Below are positions 9,258 through 18,958 of a stretch of DNA of 64,000 nt, one piece after another. The notes beneath the pieces are model-generated. The model was not told the origin of the DNA. It saw only the letters and a list, made by a program, of their open reading frames with translations, and ran no database searches. Made by a program: the position numbers and the translations under genes. This DNA comes from Clostridiales bacterium (lineage in GTDB: Bacteria > Bacillota > Clostridia > Oscillospirales > Oscillospiraceae), in NCBI GenBank assembly GCA_029265405.1, contig JAJUJI010000009.1, positions 1-64,000 on the forward strand. The letters are read 5' to 3'. The stretch's first letter is position 1; each line of letters starts with the position of its first letter.

Positions 9258-10640
9258 TCATCCGTATCGGTTGCAGTATATGCCGTTGGGTACGCACTTA
9301 AGTATTTGGTCAGACTTCATGAGCAGAAAGGTAGTTGCGGGCGTCCAGCGCAAAACGAAGGCGCTGAGCGCCGACAGCGGGATCACAAACAGCCAGGTGA
9401 ACAGGTTCTCCACAATAGCCGGGTATTTCGTATCGCCGCCCCCCGCTATGATGCCTGAGGCCACCGGAAATTCATAGCAGGTTCCGACGGTGGTGACGCT
9501 CAATATCGTCAAAAACAGCAGGGCAAGCTCCCTTGTCTCCGCCGATACCGCATAAAGGCCTACGATAAGCTCCCTTAAGGCAAATATAAGCGTCCCCGAA
9601 GCAAGTCCGATCAATAGAAATATCCACTGCAGCGTCGCCGTGTAGGGCCTGATCAAATCGAAGCGCTTTTCTCCTATAGTTTTTCCTACGGTAACCGAAG
9701 CGGCGCTGGAGCAGGCCAAGCCTATCGACGAAAACACTCCGGCGACGGTCGCGGCGATGCTGTTTGCCGCTATGACCGCTCCGCCCATATGCCCCAGTAT
9801 GGACATTTGAACCGTCTGCGCGAAGCCCCACAAGGCTCCGCTCAATACCAGCGGCAGGCTGACCTTCAAGAAATCCCTGAGATAGGCAAAGTCAATATCC
9901 ATAAAATGCCTGAGCTTCATTTTCAGCTTTTTATCCAAAAACAACACATATGCGGCCGCTATCAGCAGCTCAGCAGCCCGGCCAGCCAGCGTAGCCCAGG
10001 CGGCTCCCCTGATCCCCAGCTCCGGAAAGCCCAGCCTGCCGAAAACCAGCGCATAGTTGAGGCAAATTTTCAGCGTCAGCGTGCTCAGCGACATGGCGGT
10101 GCCAACGAAAGCTGTTTCCACGCCCTGAAGCGAGTATTGAAGCGTGCAGGACAGGGCAAACAGCGGAAAAGCCCAGCAGCTTATTACGAGGTGGGCCGCG
10201 CCCTCGGCGGCCACCGCCGCCTCGCCCGTAAGCAGCCTCAAGACTTCATAAGGAGCTGCGGCGGAAGCGGCGAAAAACGCAAAGCCGCACAGCAGGGAAA
10301 GCAACGCGCCAAGAGCAGTTATTTTCCGTATCGGCCCCGTTTCTCTCCGGCCCCAGTATTGGGCGCCAAGAACAACAATGCCCATGCCGAGCCCGGCTAT
10401 AAGCTGCTGCATGAAGAAGAAAACCTGATTTGATAGCGCCGCCCCCGACAGCGCCAGCTCGGAATACCTTCCCAGCATGACGTTGTCGGCCACCCCTACG
10501 GCTATAGCGGCAAGCTGCTGCATCGAAATAACGGCCAGCAGCGGGAAAAATGTCTTGTAAAAGGCCTTTTCGCGGGTTAAAAATATCATTAAGCCCGTTC
10601 CGTTTCTTTGTTTTTTGCCGATACGGTAAATATACCACAA
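9258..10640 (-). CDS. MATE-family efflux transporter
   Basis: 12 predicted TMs with an internal duplication typical of MATE. Likely true start at MIFLTR (about 10589). Confidence 0.8.
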   Translation of the reverse strand: MWYIYRIGKKQRNGTGLMIFLTREKAFYKTFFPLLAVISMQQLAAIAVGVADNVMLGRYSELALSGAALSNQVFFFMQQLIAGLGMGIVVLGAQYWGRRETGPIRKITALGALLSLLCGFAFFAASAAAPYEVLRLLTGEAAVAAEGAAHLVISCWAFPLFALSCTLQYSLQGVETAFVGTAMSLSTLTLKICLNYALVFGRLGFPELGIRGAAWATLAGRAAELLIAAAYVLFLDKKLKMKLRHFMDIDFAYLRDFLKVSLPLVLSGALWGFAQTVQMSILGHMGGAVIAANSIAATVAGVFSSIGLACSSAASVTVGKTIGEKRFDLIRPYTATLQWIFLLIGLASGTLIFALRELIVGLYAVSAETRELALLFLTILSVTTVGTCYEFPVASGIIAGGGDTKYPAIVENLFTWLFVIPLSALSAFVLRWTPATTFLLMKSDQILKCVPNGIYCNRYG

Positions 10641-10662
10641 CGAGCTGCGCAGGTAAAGCTTA

Positions 10663-10691
10663 TTGACAGTAAAATATGACGGTGCTATAAT
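10663..10691 (+). promoter_or_regulatory. Consensus sigma-A promoter (TTGACA-N17-TATAAT) for the branched-chain amino-acid ABC operon
   Basis: TTGACA at 10663-10668, 17-nt spacer, TATAAT at 10686-10691. GGAGGG Shine-Dalgarno sits at 10731, ahead of the ATG at 10744. Confidence 0.7.
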
Positions 10692-10728
10692 TTCAATGTT
10701 TGACTAAATAAGGCAGCAAAAAACATAT

Positions 10729-11922
10729 TTGGAGGGAAGGTTTATGAAAAAGCTCATCGCGCTGCTTCTCTGCGTCCTGTTATGCTTCGGCATGCTGTCA
10801 GGCTGCGCCGGCAAGGGCAGCGATACCATCAAGGTCGGGATACTGGGATGCCATACCGGGGATTATGCCATATACGGTCTGGCCGTCCGCAACGGAGCCG
10901 AGTTGTATATCAAGCAGCTCAACGAGGCCGGAGGCATTAACGGCAAGAAAATCGAGCTTGTTATCTACGACAACAAGGCGGACAACGCCGAAGCCGTCAC
11001 CGCCTTCACACGCATGGTTGACGACGGTATAACAGCCCTTATCGGCGACGTGCTTACCGGCAACACCCTCGCCGTACGCACAGAGGCCTACAAAATAAAC
11101 ATGCCCATGATAACCGCTTCCGCCACCGCCGCCGAGGTAACCTATGACGACGAAACCGGGACGCTTTATTCAAACGTGTTCCGCACCTGCTTTATCGACC
11201 CCTTCCAGGGTCAAAAGATGGCTGAATATGCCGCCAAGGAGCTTGGGGCAAAGAAGGCGGCCATACTCTACGATACGGGCAACGACTATTCAATCGGCCT
11301 TAAAGACGCTTTCATAGCCAAATGCGGCGAGCTTGGCGTAGAGATCGTAAACGAGGAAGGCTATTCCTCCGGCGACGTGGATTTCCGCAGCCAGCTTACG
11401 AACATTCAGGCCAATGAGCCGGACGTTGTTTTTGCCCCCATCTATTACCAGGATGCCGGCCTCATAGTAACCCAGGCCAGGGATCTCGGCATCGACGCTA
11501 CCTTCCTCGGCGGCGACGGCTGGGCCGGCGTCAGCGGCTATGCCTCCGCGGAAGACCTTGAGGGCAGCCTTTTCTGCTCCGCCTACGCTTCCGGAAGCAC
11601 CGACGCCATAAAGGAGTTTGAGGCCGCCTACACCGCGGCTTACGGCGCGGATACCCTAAACATGTTCGCCGCCACGGCCTATGACGCTGCCATGGTTCTC
11701 TGCAACGCGCTCAAGACGGTGGAAAGCAGCGGCAAAAAGCTCAAGCCCGCCTCCGACGAGTACAAGCAGGCGCTTATAGACGCCATCCGCACCGGCAGCG
11801 GCAGCGTAGCCGGAATAACCAGCGCCGGCGGCTACACCTTCGACGAGCACAACAACCCCATCAAGGACGCCGTGATCATCGAAGTCACCGGCGGCACCGA
11901 AAAGTTTAAAACTCTGTATTGA
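10729..11922 (+). CDS. Branched-chain amino-acid ABC transporter substrate-binding lipoprotein (LivJ/LivK family)
   Basis: Lipoprotein signal peptide (LLCFGMLSGCAG), periplasmic-binding-protein type I fold motifs. Likely start at 10744 (MKKL). Confidence 0.85.
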   Translation: MEGRFMKKLIALLLCVLLCFGMLSGCAGKGSDTIKVGILGCHTGDYAIYGLAVRNGAELYIKQLNEAGGINGKKIELVIYDNKADNAEAVTAFTRMVDDGITALIGDVLTGNTLAVRTEAYKINMPMITASATAAEVTYDDETGTLYSNVFRTCFIDPFQGQKMAEYAAKELGAKKAAILYDTGNDYSIGLKDAFIAKCGELGVEIVNEEGYSSGDVDFRSQLTNIQANEPDVVFAPIYYQDAGLIVTQARDLGIDATFLGGDGWAGVSGYASAEDLEGSLFCSAYASGSTDAIKEFEAAYTAAYGADTLNMFAATAYDAAMVLCNALKTVESSGKKLKPASDEYKQALIDAIRTGSGSVAGITSAGGYTFDEHNNPIKDAVIIEVTGGTEKFKTLY

Positions 11923-12020
11923 TAAAACTTCGGCAGCCGAATTAAGCGCTTAGGATTCGCGCCGTCCGCCGTAAAGCGGCGGGCGGCGCGAAAAGCAATA
12001 AAATCTCCGCGGCACGGGCG

Positions 12021-12950
12021 ATGCAGCGGCCCCTATGCGGGCGGAGCGAACGGATGAGTGATATGACCGCCATTACCACTATACTTAAGCAAATACTCAA
12101 CGGGCTTCAGTCCGGCTCTATCTACGCTCTGATAGCTCTCGGCTACAGCATGGTTTACGGCATAATTATGCTTTTGAACTTTGCTCACGGCGACATAATA
12201 ATGGTAGGCGCGTATCTGGCCTGGCTCTGCATGGTCAGATTTGCGCTGAATCCCGCGCTGGCGGTGGCGGCGGCGGTCGCGGGCTGCACCGCGCTGGGCA
12301 TGCTCATAGAAAAGGCCGCCTATACCCCTCTGCGCTCGTCTCCGCGTCTTTCTCTTCTTATAACTGCCATAGGCGTCAGCTATCTGCTTGAGAACACTTT
12401 CCAGCTCATTTTCGGGGCGGGAGCGAAAACCGTCCCACCCTTCTTCAACGCTAAAAACCTCAGCTTCGGCGGAGTTGTCCTATCCAGCAACGCGATAGTC
12501 ACTATCATAGCCGCCGCCGTCTGCATGGCGCTCCTTACCCTGCTGGTCCAAAAAACAAAGATGGGCAAGGCCATGCGAGCCGTAAGCGAGGACATGGGCG
12601 CGGCGCAGCTTATGGGAATATCCATCAACCGCACCATAAGCTTTACCTTCGCCGTCGGTTCGGCCCTTGCCGGAATCGGCTCGGTGCTGTATTGCACGGC
12701 CTATCCCCAGGCCGACCCGATGATGGGCTCCATGCTGGGGCTTAAAGCCTTTGTGGCGGCCGTGCTCGGCGGCATCGGCTCAATACCCGGCGCCATGATA
12801 GGCGGGCTGGCAATCGGCCTTGCCGAAGCGCTGGTTTCCGCCGCAGGCCTTTCCACCTGGAAGGACGGCGTCGTTTTTGCTATCCTTATCATAGTTCTAG
12901 TGGTCAAGCCTACCGGCATCCTCGGCAGAAGCCTCAATGAGAAAGTATAA
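12021..12950 (+). CDS. livH: Branched-chain amino-acid ABC transporter permease (LivH-type)
   Basis: About 8 TMs, LivH-like. Probable start at 12054 (MSDMTAI). Confidence 0.8.
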   Translation: MQRPLCGRSERMSDMTAITTILKQILNGLQSGSIYALIALGYSMVYGIIMLLNFAHGDIIMVGAYLAWLCMVRFALNPALAVAAAVAGCTALGMLIEKAAYTPLRSSPRLSLLITAIGVSYLLENTFQLIFGAGAKTVPPFFNAKNLSFGGVVLSSNAIVTIIAAAVCMALLTLLVQKTKMGKAMRAVSEDMGAAQLMGISINRTISFTFAVGSALAGIGSVLYCTAYPQADPMMGSMLGLKAFVAAVLGGIGSIPGAMIGGLAIGLAEALVSAAGLSTWKDGVVFAILIIVLVVKPTGILGRSLNEKV

Positions 12951-12959
12951 GGTGCTGGA

Positions 12960-14006
12960 ATGAAAATGGACAAAGTAAAAACGGGCGGCGCCGTTTATAG
13001 GCGCTTGCCGACCGGCCTAAGGTATCTGATCAATACGGCGCTTTTTGCTCTATTTTTAATAACCATTACAGCGCTTGCAGACAATCGAGTCATAAGCTAT
13101 TCGGATTCCAAGGTCCTGATGCTCATAGCGGTCAACATAATACTTGCCGTTTCCTTGAACGTCGCTACCGGCTACCTGGGCCAGCTGCCCCTGGGACATG
13201 CGGGCTTCATGGCCGTCGGGGCTTATACAAGCGCTCTGTTCATGCGCTCGGCATCCGCTTATCCGGGACAGCTTATGTTTCCCCTCGGGCTTATTCTCGG
13301 GGGGCTTGTAGCCGCCCTTTTCGGCCTGGTCATCGGAATCCCAGCCCTTCGCCTGAAGGGCGACTATCTGGCTATAATTACTCTGGGCTTTTCAGAAATA
13401 ATAAGGGTGGTCATACTGAACATAGACAGCGTGCTTGGCTTCAAGCTCACCTTTGGAGCGGCCAGCCTGAAAAATATACCCACGACCACTACGGTATTCA
13501 ATGCCTTCCTGTGGGCCGGCATTGTCTGCTTTATCATACACGCCATGATGAAAAGCCGCCATGGGCGGGCGATCCTGTCAATACGGGACAATGAAATAGC
13601 CTCCGAAAGCTGCGGCATATCCACGACCTTCTATAAAACTCTCGGCTTTTGCGCCAGCGCCTTTTTTGCCGGAATAGCCGGCGGGCTTTACGCCGGCTAC
13701 CTTGGCATACTCAGCCCCGGCAGCTTCGGCTTCATGAAGTCCATAGAAATACTCGTTATGGTGGTTTTGGGCGGCATGGGCTCCATGCTCGGCTCGATAA
13801 TAGCCGCCGTCGCGCTGACCGCGCTGCCGGAGCTGCTCAGGGCCTTTTCCGACTACCGAATGGTAGTCTACTCGCTGGTGCTGATAGCGATGATGATATT
13901 CCGTCCCGAGGGCCTTATGGGAAGCTATGATTTTTCGTTGGGCGGACTTTTGGAAAGGCTGCTGAATCGAAAGAGCGCACCCTTGATTAAGGAGGATGAG
14001 TCATGA
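12960..14006 (+). CDS. livM: Branched-chain amino-acid ABC transporter permease (LivM-type)
   Basis: Multi-TM permease, second permease of a Liv-type system. Confidence 0.8.
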   Translation: MKMDKVKTGGAVYRRLPTGLRYLINTALFALFLITITALADNRVISYSDSKVLMLIAVNIILAVSLNVATGYLGQLPLGHAGFMAVGAYTSALFMRSASAYPGQLMFPLGLILGGLVAALFGLVIGIPALRLKGDYLAIITLGFSEIIRVVILNIDSVLGFKLTFGAASLKNIPTTTTVFNAFLWAGIVCFIIHAMMKSRHGRAILSIRDNEIASESCGISTTFYKTLGFCASAFFAGIAGGLYAGYLGILSPGSFGFMKSIEILVMVVLGGMGSMLGSIIAAVALTALPELLRAFSDYRMVVYSLVLIAMMIFRPEGLMGSYDFSLGGLLERLLNRKSAPLIKEDES

Positions 14007-14833
14007 GCAGGCTTGTGCCCGTCCCAAGCAACAGCTTTATTCCGGAACGAGACGCGGATAAGACCCCCATTCTCGAAACGCACCATCTGGGCATAGATTT
14101 CGGAGGCCTGACCGCCGTGAGCGAATTCAACCTCACCATGGGCCGCACCGAGATAACCGGTCTCATAGGGCCAAACGGAGCCGGCAAGACCACCGTATTC
14201 AATCTGCTAACAAACGTATACAAGCCTTCGAGAGGCACAATACTCCTGGACGGAGTGGACACGGCCGGGAAAAGCGCGGCCCAGCTATGCAGGATGGGCA
14301 TCGCCCGCACCTTCCAAAACATACGCCTCTTCAAGGATATGACCGTAATTGAAAACGTTCTCGTCGGACTCCATCATGAGATGGATTATACCCTGGCCGA
14401 GTCCATCCTGCGCCTTCCCCGATACTGGCGCGGCGAAAAAATAGCGCGAAATCGCGCCTATGAGCTTCTGGGCATCTTCCATATGGAGGATATGGCCGAC
14501 AAGCTGGCCGGAAGCCTGCCCTACGGCGCGCAGCGCAGGCTGGAAATACTGCGCGCGCTGGCCACGAACCCTTCACTGCTCCTGCTTGACGAGCCGGCGG
14601 CCGGAATGAATCCCTCGGAAACGGCGGAGCTTATGGAAAATATCCGGCGCATCAGGGATACCTTCGGGATAGCTATATTGCTCATAGAGCACGACATGAA
14701 CCTTGTCATGGGCATCTGCGAGGGCATAGCAGTTTTGAATTACGGCAAAATCATAGCCAAAGGCACCCCTGACGAAATTCGGAGCAACCCGGAGGTCATA
14801 GAAGCATATCTGGGCAAGCGTAAAGGGGGCTGA
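14003..14833 (+). CDS. livG: Branched-chain amino-acid ABC transporter ATP-binding protein (LivG-type)
   Basis: Walker A GPNGAGKTT, LSYGAQRRLEI signature, Walker B LLLDEP. 4-nt overlap with the upstream gene. Confidence 0.85.
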   Translation: MSRLVPVPSNSFIPERDADKTPILETHHLGIDFGGLTAVSEFNLTMGRTEITGLIGPNGAGKTTVFNLLTNVYKPSRGTILLDGVDTAGKSAAQLCRMGIARTFQNIRLFKDMTVIENVLVGLHHEMDYTLAESILRLPRYWRGEKIARNRAYELLGIFHMEDMADKLAGSLPYGAQRRLEILRALATNPSLLLLDEPAAGMNPSETAELMENIRRIRDTFGIAILLIEHDMNLVMGICEGIAVLNYGKIIAKGTPDEIRSNPEVIEAYLGKRKGG

Positions 14834-14839
14834 CGGATC

Positions 14840-15547
14840 TTGACTTTGCTTAAGGTTGAAAATATTAATGTCTACTACGGGAACATACACGCCATACACG
14901 ATGTTTCCTTCGAGGTTGCGGAGGGCGAGATAGTATCGCTCATCGGCGCGAACGGGGCGGGAAAAAGCACCATACTCAAAACCATAAGCGGCCTTCTCCG
15001 CACAAAAACCGGCGCGATAACCTTTAAAGGCGAGAATATTTCGGCTGCGGCTCCCCATTTGATTGTAAACAAGGGCATAGCGCACGTTCCTGAGGGGCGG
15101 CGCATCTTTCTCAAGCTTACGGTCGAGGAAAACCTTGAAATGGGAGCCTATACGCGCAGGGGCGCGGAGGTGCCGGAAGCAGTCGAGGCTGTATTCAGCC
15201 GTTTTCCCCGCCTGAAAGAACGAAGGCGGCAGGTGGCCGGAACTCTGTCGGGAGGCGAGCAGCAGATGCTTGCCATTGGCAGGGCTCTAATGAGCAAGCC
15301 GCCCCTTATGATGCTGGACGAGCCCTCAATGGGGCTGGCTCCCCTGCTTGTGGAGCAGGTTTTTGAAATAATTAAGGAGCTCAACGGCAGCGGCACTACC
15401 ATATTGCTGGTGGAGCAGAACGCTTCCATGGCCCTGTCCATCGCAAACAGGGGCTATGTGCTTGAAACGGGGCGCATAGCGCTCTCTGCGCCGGCCAAGG
15501 AGCTGCTTGAAAACGACGCGGTGCGCCGCGCTTATCTGGGAAGCTGA
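14840..15547 (+). CDS. livF: Branched-chain amino-acid ABC transporter ATP-binding protein (LivF-type)
   Basis: Walker A GANGAGKST, LSGGEQQMLAI signature, TTG start with an upstream AAAGGGGG Shine-Dalgarno. Confidence 0.85.
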   Translation: MTLLKVENINVYYGNIHAIHDVSFEVAEGEIVSLIGANGAGKSTILKTISGLLRTKTGAITFKGENISAAAPHLIVNKGIAHVPEGRRIFLKLTVEENLEMGAYTRRGAEVPEAVEAVFSRFPRLKERRRQVAGTLSGGEQQMLAIGRALMSKPPLMMLDEPSMGLAPLLVEQVFEIIKELNGSGTTILLVEQNASMALSIANRGYVLETGRIALSAPAKELLENDAVRRAYLGS

Positions 15548-15566
15548 GCAAGGCTCCGCCTGCATC

Positions 15567-15598
15567 GGCCGCCTTCCACGGCGGCCGCTATTTTTTTT
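15567..15598 (+). terminator. Intrinsic terminator of the liv operon
   Basis: GGCCGCC-ttccac-GGCGGCC followed by T8. Confidence 0.7.
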
Positions 15599-15618
15599 CG
15601 TCATATCAGGAGGCGTTT

Positions 15619-16089
15619 ATGTCCATATCAAGAGTAAAGGAGTATCTAACCGCCAGCGGCTTTGACGCGCGGCGGGTTGTCGAGCTTGAAACCTCCAGCG
15701 CCACTGTGGAGCTTGCCGCGGCCGCCCTCGGCTGCGAGCCGGCCATGATAGCCAAGTCAATAGCCTTCGGGCTTGGCGGCAGGACCGTCATGGTAGTTGC
15801 GGCGGGGGACGTGAAAATAGACAACCGCAAATATAGAGAGCGCTTCGGAGCCAAGGCCAGGATGCTGAGCCATGACGAGGCCGTAGAAAAAACGGGCCAT
15901 GCCGTCGGCGGCGTCTGCCCTTTTGCCGTGAAGGAAGGCGTCGAGATATATCTCGACGTGTCCCTGCGCCGCTTTGAATCCGTATATCCGGCCGCAGGCA
16001 GCTCAAACAGCGTCATTTGCATGAGCTTAGCCGAGCTTGAAAGGTTCTCCGGCGCGCTTGGCTGGGTGGATGTTTGCAATCCCCGCTAA
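15619..16089 (+). CDS. YbaK/ProX-type aminoacyl-tRNA deacylase domain protein
   Basis: 156 aa, YbaK-like fold motifs (KSIAFG...GHAVGGVCPF). Confidence 0.7.
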   Translation: MSISRVKEYLTASGFDARRVVELETSSATVELAAAALGCEPAMIAKSIAFGLGGRTVMVVAAGDVKIDNRKYRERFGAKARMLSHDEAVEKTGHAVGGVCPFAVKEGVEIYLDVSLRRFESVYPAAGSSNSVICMSLAELERFSGALGWVDVCNPR

Positions 16090-16145
16090 GCGCCCCGCCG
16101 GAAAAGGAGCCTGCACGGCAATTGGCGCCGGGCGCACAATAAACA

Positions 16146-16176
16146 CCCTCCCGGAAGGCTACGCCTTCCGGGAGGG
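16146..16176. terminator. Bidirectional terminator between convergent genes
   Basis: Perfect 14-bp inverted repeat CCCTCCCGGAAGGC/GCCTTCCGGGAGGG with a 3-nt loop. Confidence 0.7.
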
Positions 16177-16191
16177 ACTGTCTTTGACCTG

Positions 16192-17934
16192 TCACGCCGG
16201 ATCGACAGACACGGCGTCAATTATGGCGCCTTCAGCCGGCTTGTATTTTATCTTAACCTCATCCCCTGGATTCATAATCGCCAGCAGCCGGTTTTCCTTG
16301 GCGCTCATGGCAAACCAGCTATCCTGACCCTCAAGCTTTATATAAAACCAGGTGTTGCCGTCTATGTCCGCCGTGCGGAGCTCCTTTATTTTGCCGCTGA
16401 TTTCGGAATAGTCTCCGCCCTCCCCCTTTCCGTCGCCTTTTCCGTCTATTATTTTATTCGCTATCATCAATCTGTTGTAGTTTTCCTGGCAGGCCTCCAC
16501 TGTGGTTCCCGTGGCGACGATTTGATACTGCTGCACGTTTACCATAGCGTACATTTTGACAAGGCCCGCGCCGTCCTTCAAGGCCATAAAGTAAGTAGGC
16601 TGGTCCGAAATGTTGAGGAGCAGTGGGAAGGTGGCCACATAGCTGTACTGCTGCACAGCGCCCTCAGCCGAGGACATGGCCGAAAATTCCTCCGCTCCCG
16701 CGCAGGGGTAGTATCTGGCCTCCTTTGTTCTCTGGTTTACCAGTATAAAGCCTATGTTGCCCCTGTCCTCGCTGACGGAGGTTATGCCCGTATACAGCCA
16801 TACGTCGTCGTTCATAGCTATATAGTTATACCCGTCTGTCGTTTCGGTGCAGCCGCTCTGGCTGAACAGGTAATTCCAATAGCCGTTTTTGTAGTGGCCG
16901 TGATAGTCATACTGGCGTATGATGAGGTCGGCGTCAAATACCCTGTCAACCCAGGTGGGGACGTCCTTCAGGTCGTAATATGCCGACTCGCCCGTGACAG
17001 CGTTGACCAGCACCGCGCCGATTATGTCCGTGCCTCCAAACAGGCCTATGGTCCTTTTCTCCACCGACGCTATCCACCACGGAGTCCCCTGCTCGTCTAT
17101 CTCAAAATTAGTGTCGCCGAAAATGAACGTTGGGAAGGCGAAGCGAAGATGCCTCTGCAAATCCCTATTGAAGTATTCCGACGGCGAATATTTTATGCCG
17201 TTTTCCATGCGGACTACGCTGACATTTTGCGAAACCATGTCTACGATCATATAGGCGGGTATGCCCTTGCCCCTGTTGCTAAGCCATTTAAAAAAGCTGT
17301 CGTAATTAAGATACGTCACCCTTACTGGGGCGTTATGGTAGTTTATCTGCACGGAAACGCCGCTGACGTTGAACTGGCTTACGAGATCGCTGAGCTCGCC
17401 CAGCTTCCTGTTTGCCAGATTGTTTGCCGAGGTATCGTCCAGCATGGGTATCTGCTTCCAAGATATCTCGGCCACCTCCTCGGCAAAATTACCCTCCTGC
17501 GGCTCCAGCAGCTCCGAGTAGGCCCTGGCCCTGAAAATCTTCCAGCCGGCAACGCTCCCAACTATCGCTGCTGCAAGCATTACCACAACTATCCAAAATG
17601 GTACCGCTACCCTTTTTTTAAAATATTTAAAATAGTCTGAAGGACTCGCCGCCTGCCCTCCCTGCAGGGTCATCATGCAAATTGCATATACCGCGCAAAG
17701 CCAAAATATGAACCAGTAGAGCTGGCCGGACTGGAAGTTCAATGCCGGCAGCCTTATATAAAAATACGCCAGCCCAAAAACCGCAGTCGCGGCCAGGCTT
17801 ATCAGGAACCTCGACAGGGGTGTCCCCTTGGGCGCTCTCGCAGGCCTTTCACGACGGCCGAAGCCTCCGCCGAATATTGTATAAATGTTATCTATATCAG
17901 ACATATTTACCTCCAAAGCGTTGCTTATGCTCAT
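16192..17934 (-). CDS. Hypothetical polytopic membrane protein with large extracytoplasmic domain
   Basis: 580 aa. N-terminal TM helices, then an about 400-aa soluble domain rich in aromatic residues and ending in a Gly/Lys/Asp-rich linker. No recognised family. Confidence 0.6.
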   Translation of the reverse strand: MSISNALEVNMSDIDNIYTIFGGGFGRRERPARAPKGTPLSRFLISLAATAVFGLAYFYIRLPALNFQSGQLYWFIFWLCAVYAICMMTLQGGQAASPSDYFKYFKKRVAVPFWIVVVMLAAAIVGSVAGWKIFRARAYSELLEPQEGNFAEEVAEISWKQIPMLDDTSANNLANRKLGELSDLVSQFNVSGVSVQINYHNAPVRVTYLNYDSFFKWLSNRGKGIPAYMIVDMVSQNVSVVRMENGIKYSPSEYFNRDLQRHLRFAFPTFIFGDTNFEIDEQGTPWWIASVEKRTIGLFGGTDIIGAVLVNAVTGESAYYDLKDVPTWVDRVFDADLIIRQYDYHGHYKNGYWNYLFSQSGCTETTDGYNYIAMNDDVWLYTGITSVSEDRGNIGFILVNQRTKEARYYPCAGAEEFSAMSSAEGAVQQYSYVATFPLLLNISDQPTYFMALKDGAGLVKMYAMVNVQQYQIVATGTTVEACQENYNRLMIANKIIDGKGDGKGEGGDYSEISGKIKELRTADIDGNTWFYIKLEGQDSWFAMSAKENRLLAIMNPGDEVKIKYKPAEGAIIDAVSVDPA

Positions 17935-17987
17935 ATCTTACCACAATTTACGGCAAATACAAGAAAACCTTTTGAATATAAACGGGC

Positions 17988-18017
17988 TTGTATACGTACG
18001 GCCGCTTATGATATAAT
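17988..18017 (+). promoter_or_regulatory. Sigma-A-like promoter (TTGTAT-N18-TATAAT) for the Fe-S protein gene
   Basis: Read directly at 17988-17993 and 18012-18017, about 54 nt upstream of the ATG. Confidence 0.5.
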
Positions 18018-18070
18018 GCTTATAGAAAGAGTCTATCAGCACATACATTGCTTTTATACGGAGGCTTAAT

Positions 18071-18883
18071 ATGTCCAAAGCGTTTGTAATAGACGTGGCC
18101 AAATGCGTGGGCTGCTACAACTGCCAGCTTGCCTGCAAGGACGAGCATGTGGGCAACGACTGGTCGCCGTACGCCAGGCCCCAGCCAGAAATAGGCCAGT
18201 TCTGGATGAAGGTGGAGGATTTTCCGCAGGGCACCATACCCAAAGTAAAGATTCACTACGTTCCCAGGCTGTGCAACCATTGCCGTAAAGCCGCCTGCAT
18301 GGACGCCTGCCCACGCGAAGCAATATACCGGCGCGAAGACGGCTTTGTTATCGTCGATCCGGCCAAATGCGACGGCTGCGGAGCCTGCGCTGCAGCCTGT
18401 CCCTACGGCGTAATATATATGAACGCCGAATTGAGGATAGCCCAGAAATGCACCGGCTGCACCCACCTGCTGGACAACGGCTTCAGGCTGCCGCGCTGCG
18501 TGGAGGCCTGCCCGACCGACGCGATTTTATTCGGTGAGGAGGAGGAGCTGAGGGACCACATAGAGGGGGCGACGGTAAAAAAACCGGAAACCGGGCTGCT
18601 GCCAAGGGTTTATTACAGGAATATACCCGGTAAATTCATAGCGGGAACCGTTTACGACCCGGAAAGCAGGGAGGTTGTAACAGGCGCGAGATGCCGGCTG
18701 AGCAGCGGCGGCAAAAATTGGGAAGTCTTTACCGACAGCTTCGGCGACTTTTGGTTTACGGATCTTCCCGTCGGCCTGTACGATTTGACCATACACTCCA
18801 GGGGCTACAAATACAAGGTCTTCGGCAATTTGAAAACCTCTCAGGCGATAAATCTGGGCGATATAGCGCTGGAGCGCGAATAA
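18071..18883 (+). CDS. DmsB/PsrB/NrfC-like four-cluster [4Fe-4S] ferredoxin-type electron-transfer subunit with C-terminal carboxypeptidase-regulatory-like (transthyretin-like) beta-sandwich domain
   Basis: Four Cys motifs (CVGCYNCQLAC; CNHCRKAACMDACP; CDGCGACAAACP; CTGCTH...CVEACP), then an about 100-aa beta-rich tail. Confidence 0.8.
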   Translation: MSKAFVIDVAKCVGCYNCQLACKDEHVGNDWSPYARPQPEIGQFWMKVEDFPQGTIPKVKIHYVPRLCNHCRKAACMDACPREAIYRREDGFVIVDPAKCDGCGACAAACPYGVIYMNAELRIAQKCTGCTHLLDNGFRLPRCVEACPTDAILFGEEEELRDHIEGATVKKPETGLLPRVYYRNIPGKFIAGTVYDPESREVVTGARCRLSSGGKNWEVFTDSFGDFWFTDLPVGLYDLTIHSRGYKYKVFGNLKTSQAINLGDIALERE

Positions 18884-18897
18884 GACTAGGAAAGGGC

Positions 18898-18944
18898 AAA
18901 AAAGCGGGGCCGTTCGGCATCAATGCCGAACGGCCCCGCTTTTG
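18898..18944. terminator. Bidirectional intrinsic terminator
   Basis: AAAAGCGGGGCCGTTCGGCA-tcaa-TGCCGAACGGCCCCGCTTTT, flanked by A- and T-runs, between convergent genes. Confidence 0.8.
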
Positions 18945-18958
18945 TCTTGCGACTATCA

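Noticed and set aside
16522-17640. 372-aa plus-strand ORF
   Set aside because: Entirely antisense to the 580-aa membrane protein gene. Low-complexity, no motifs.
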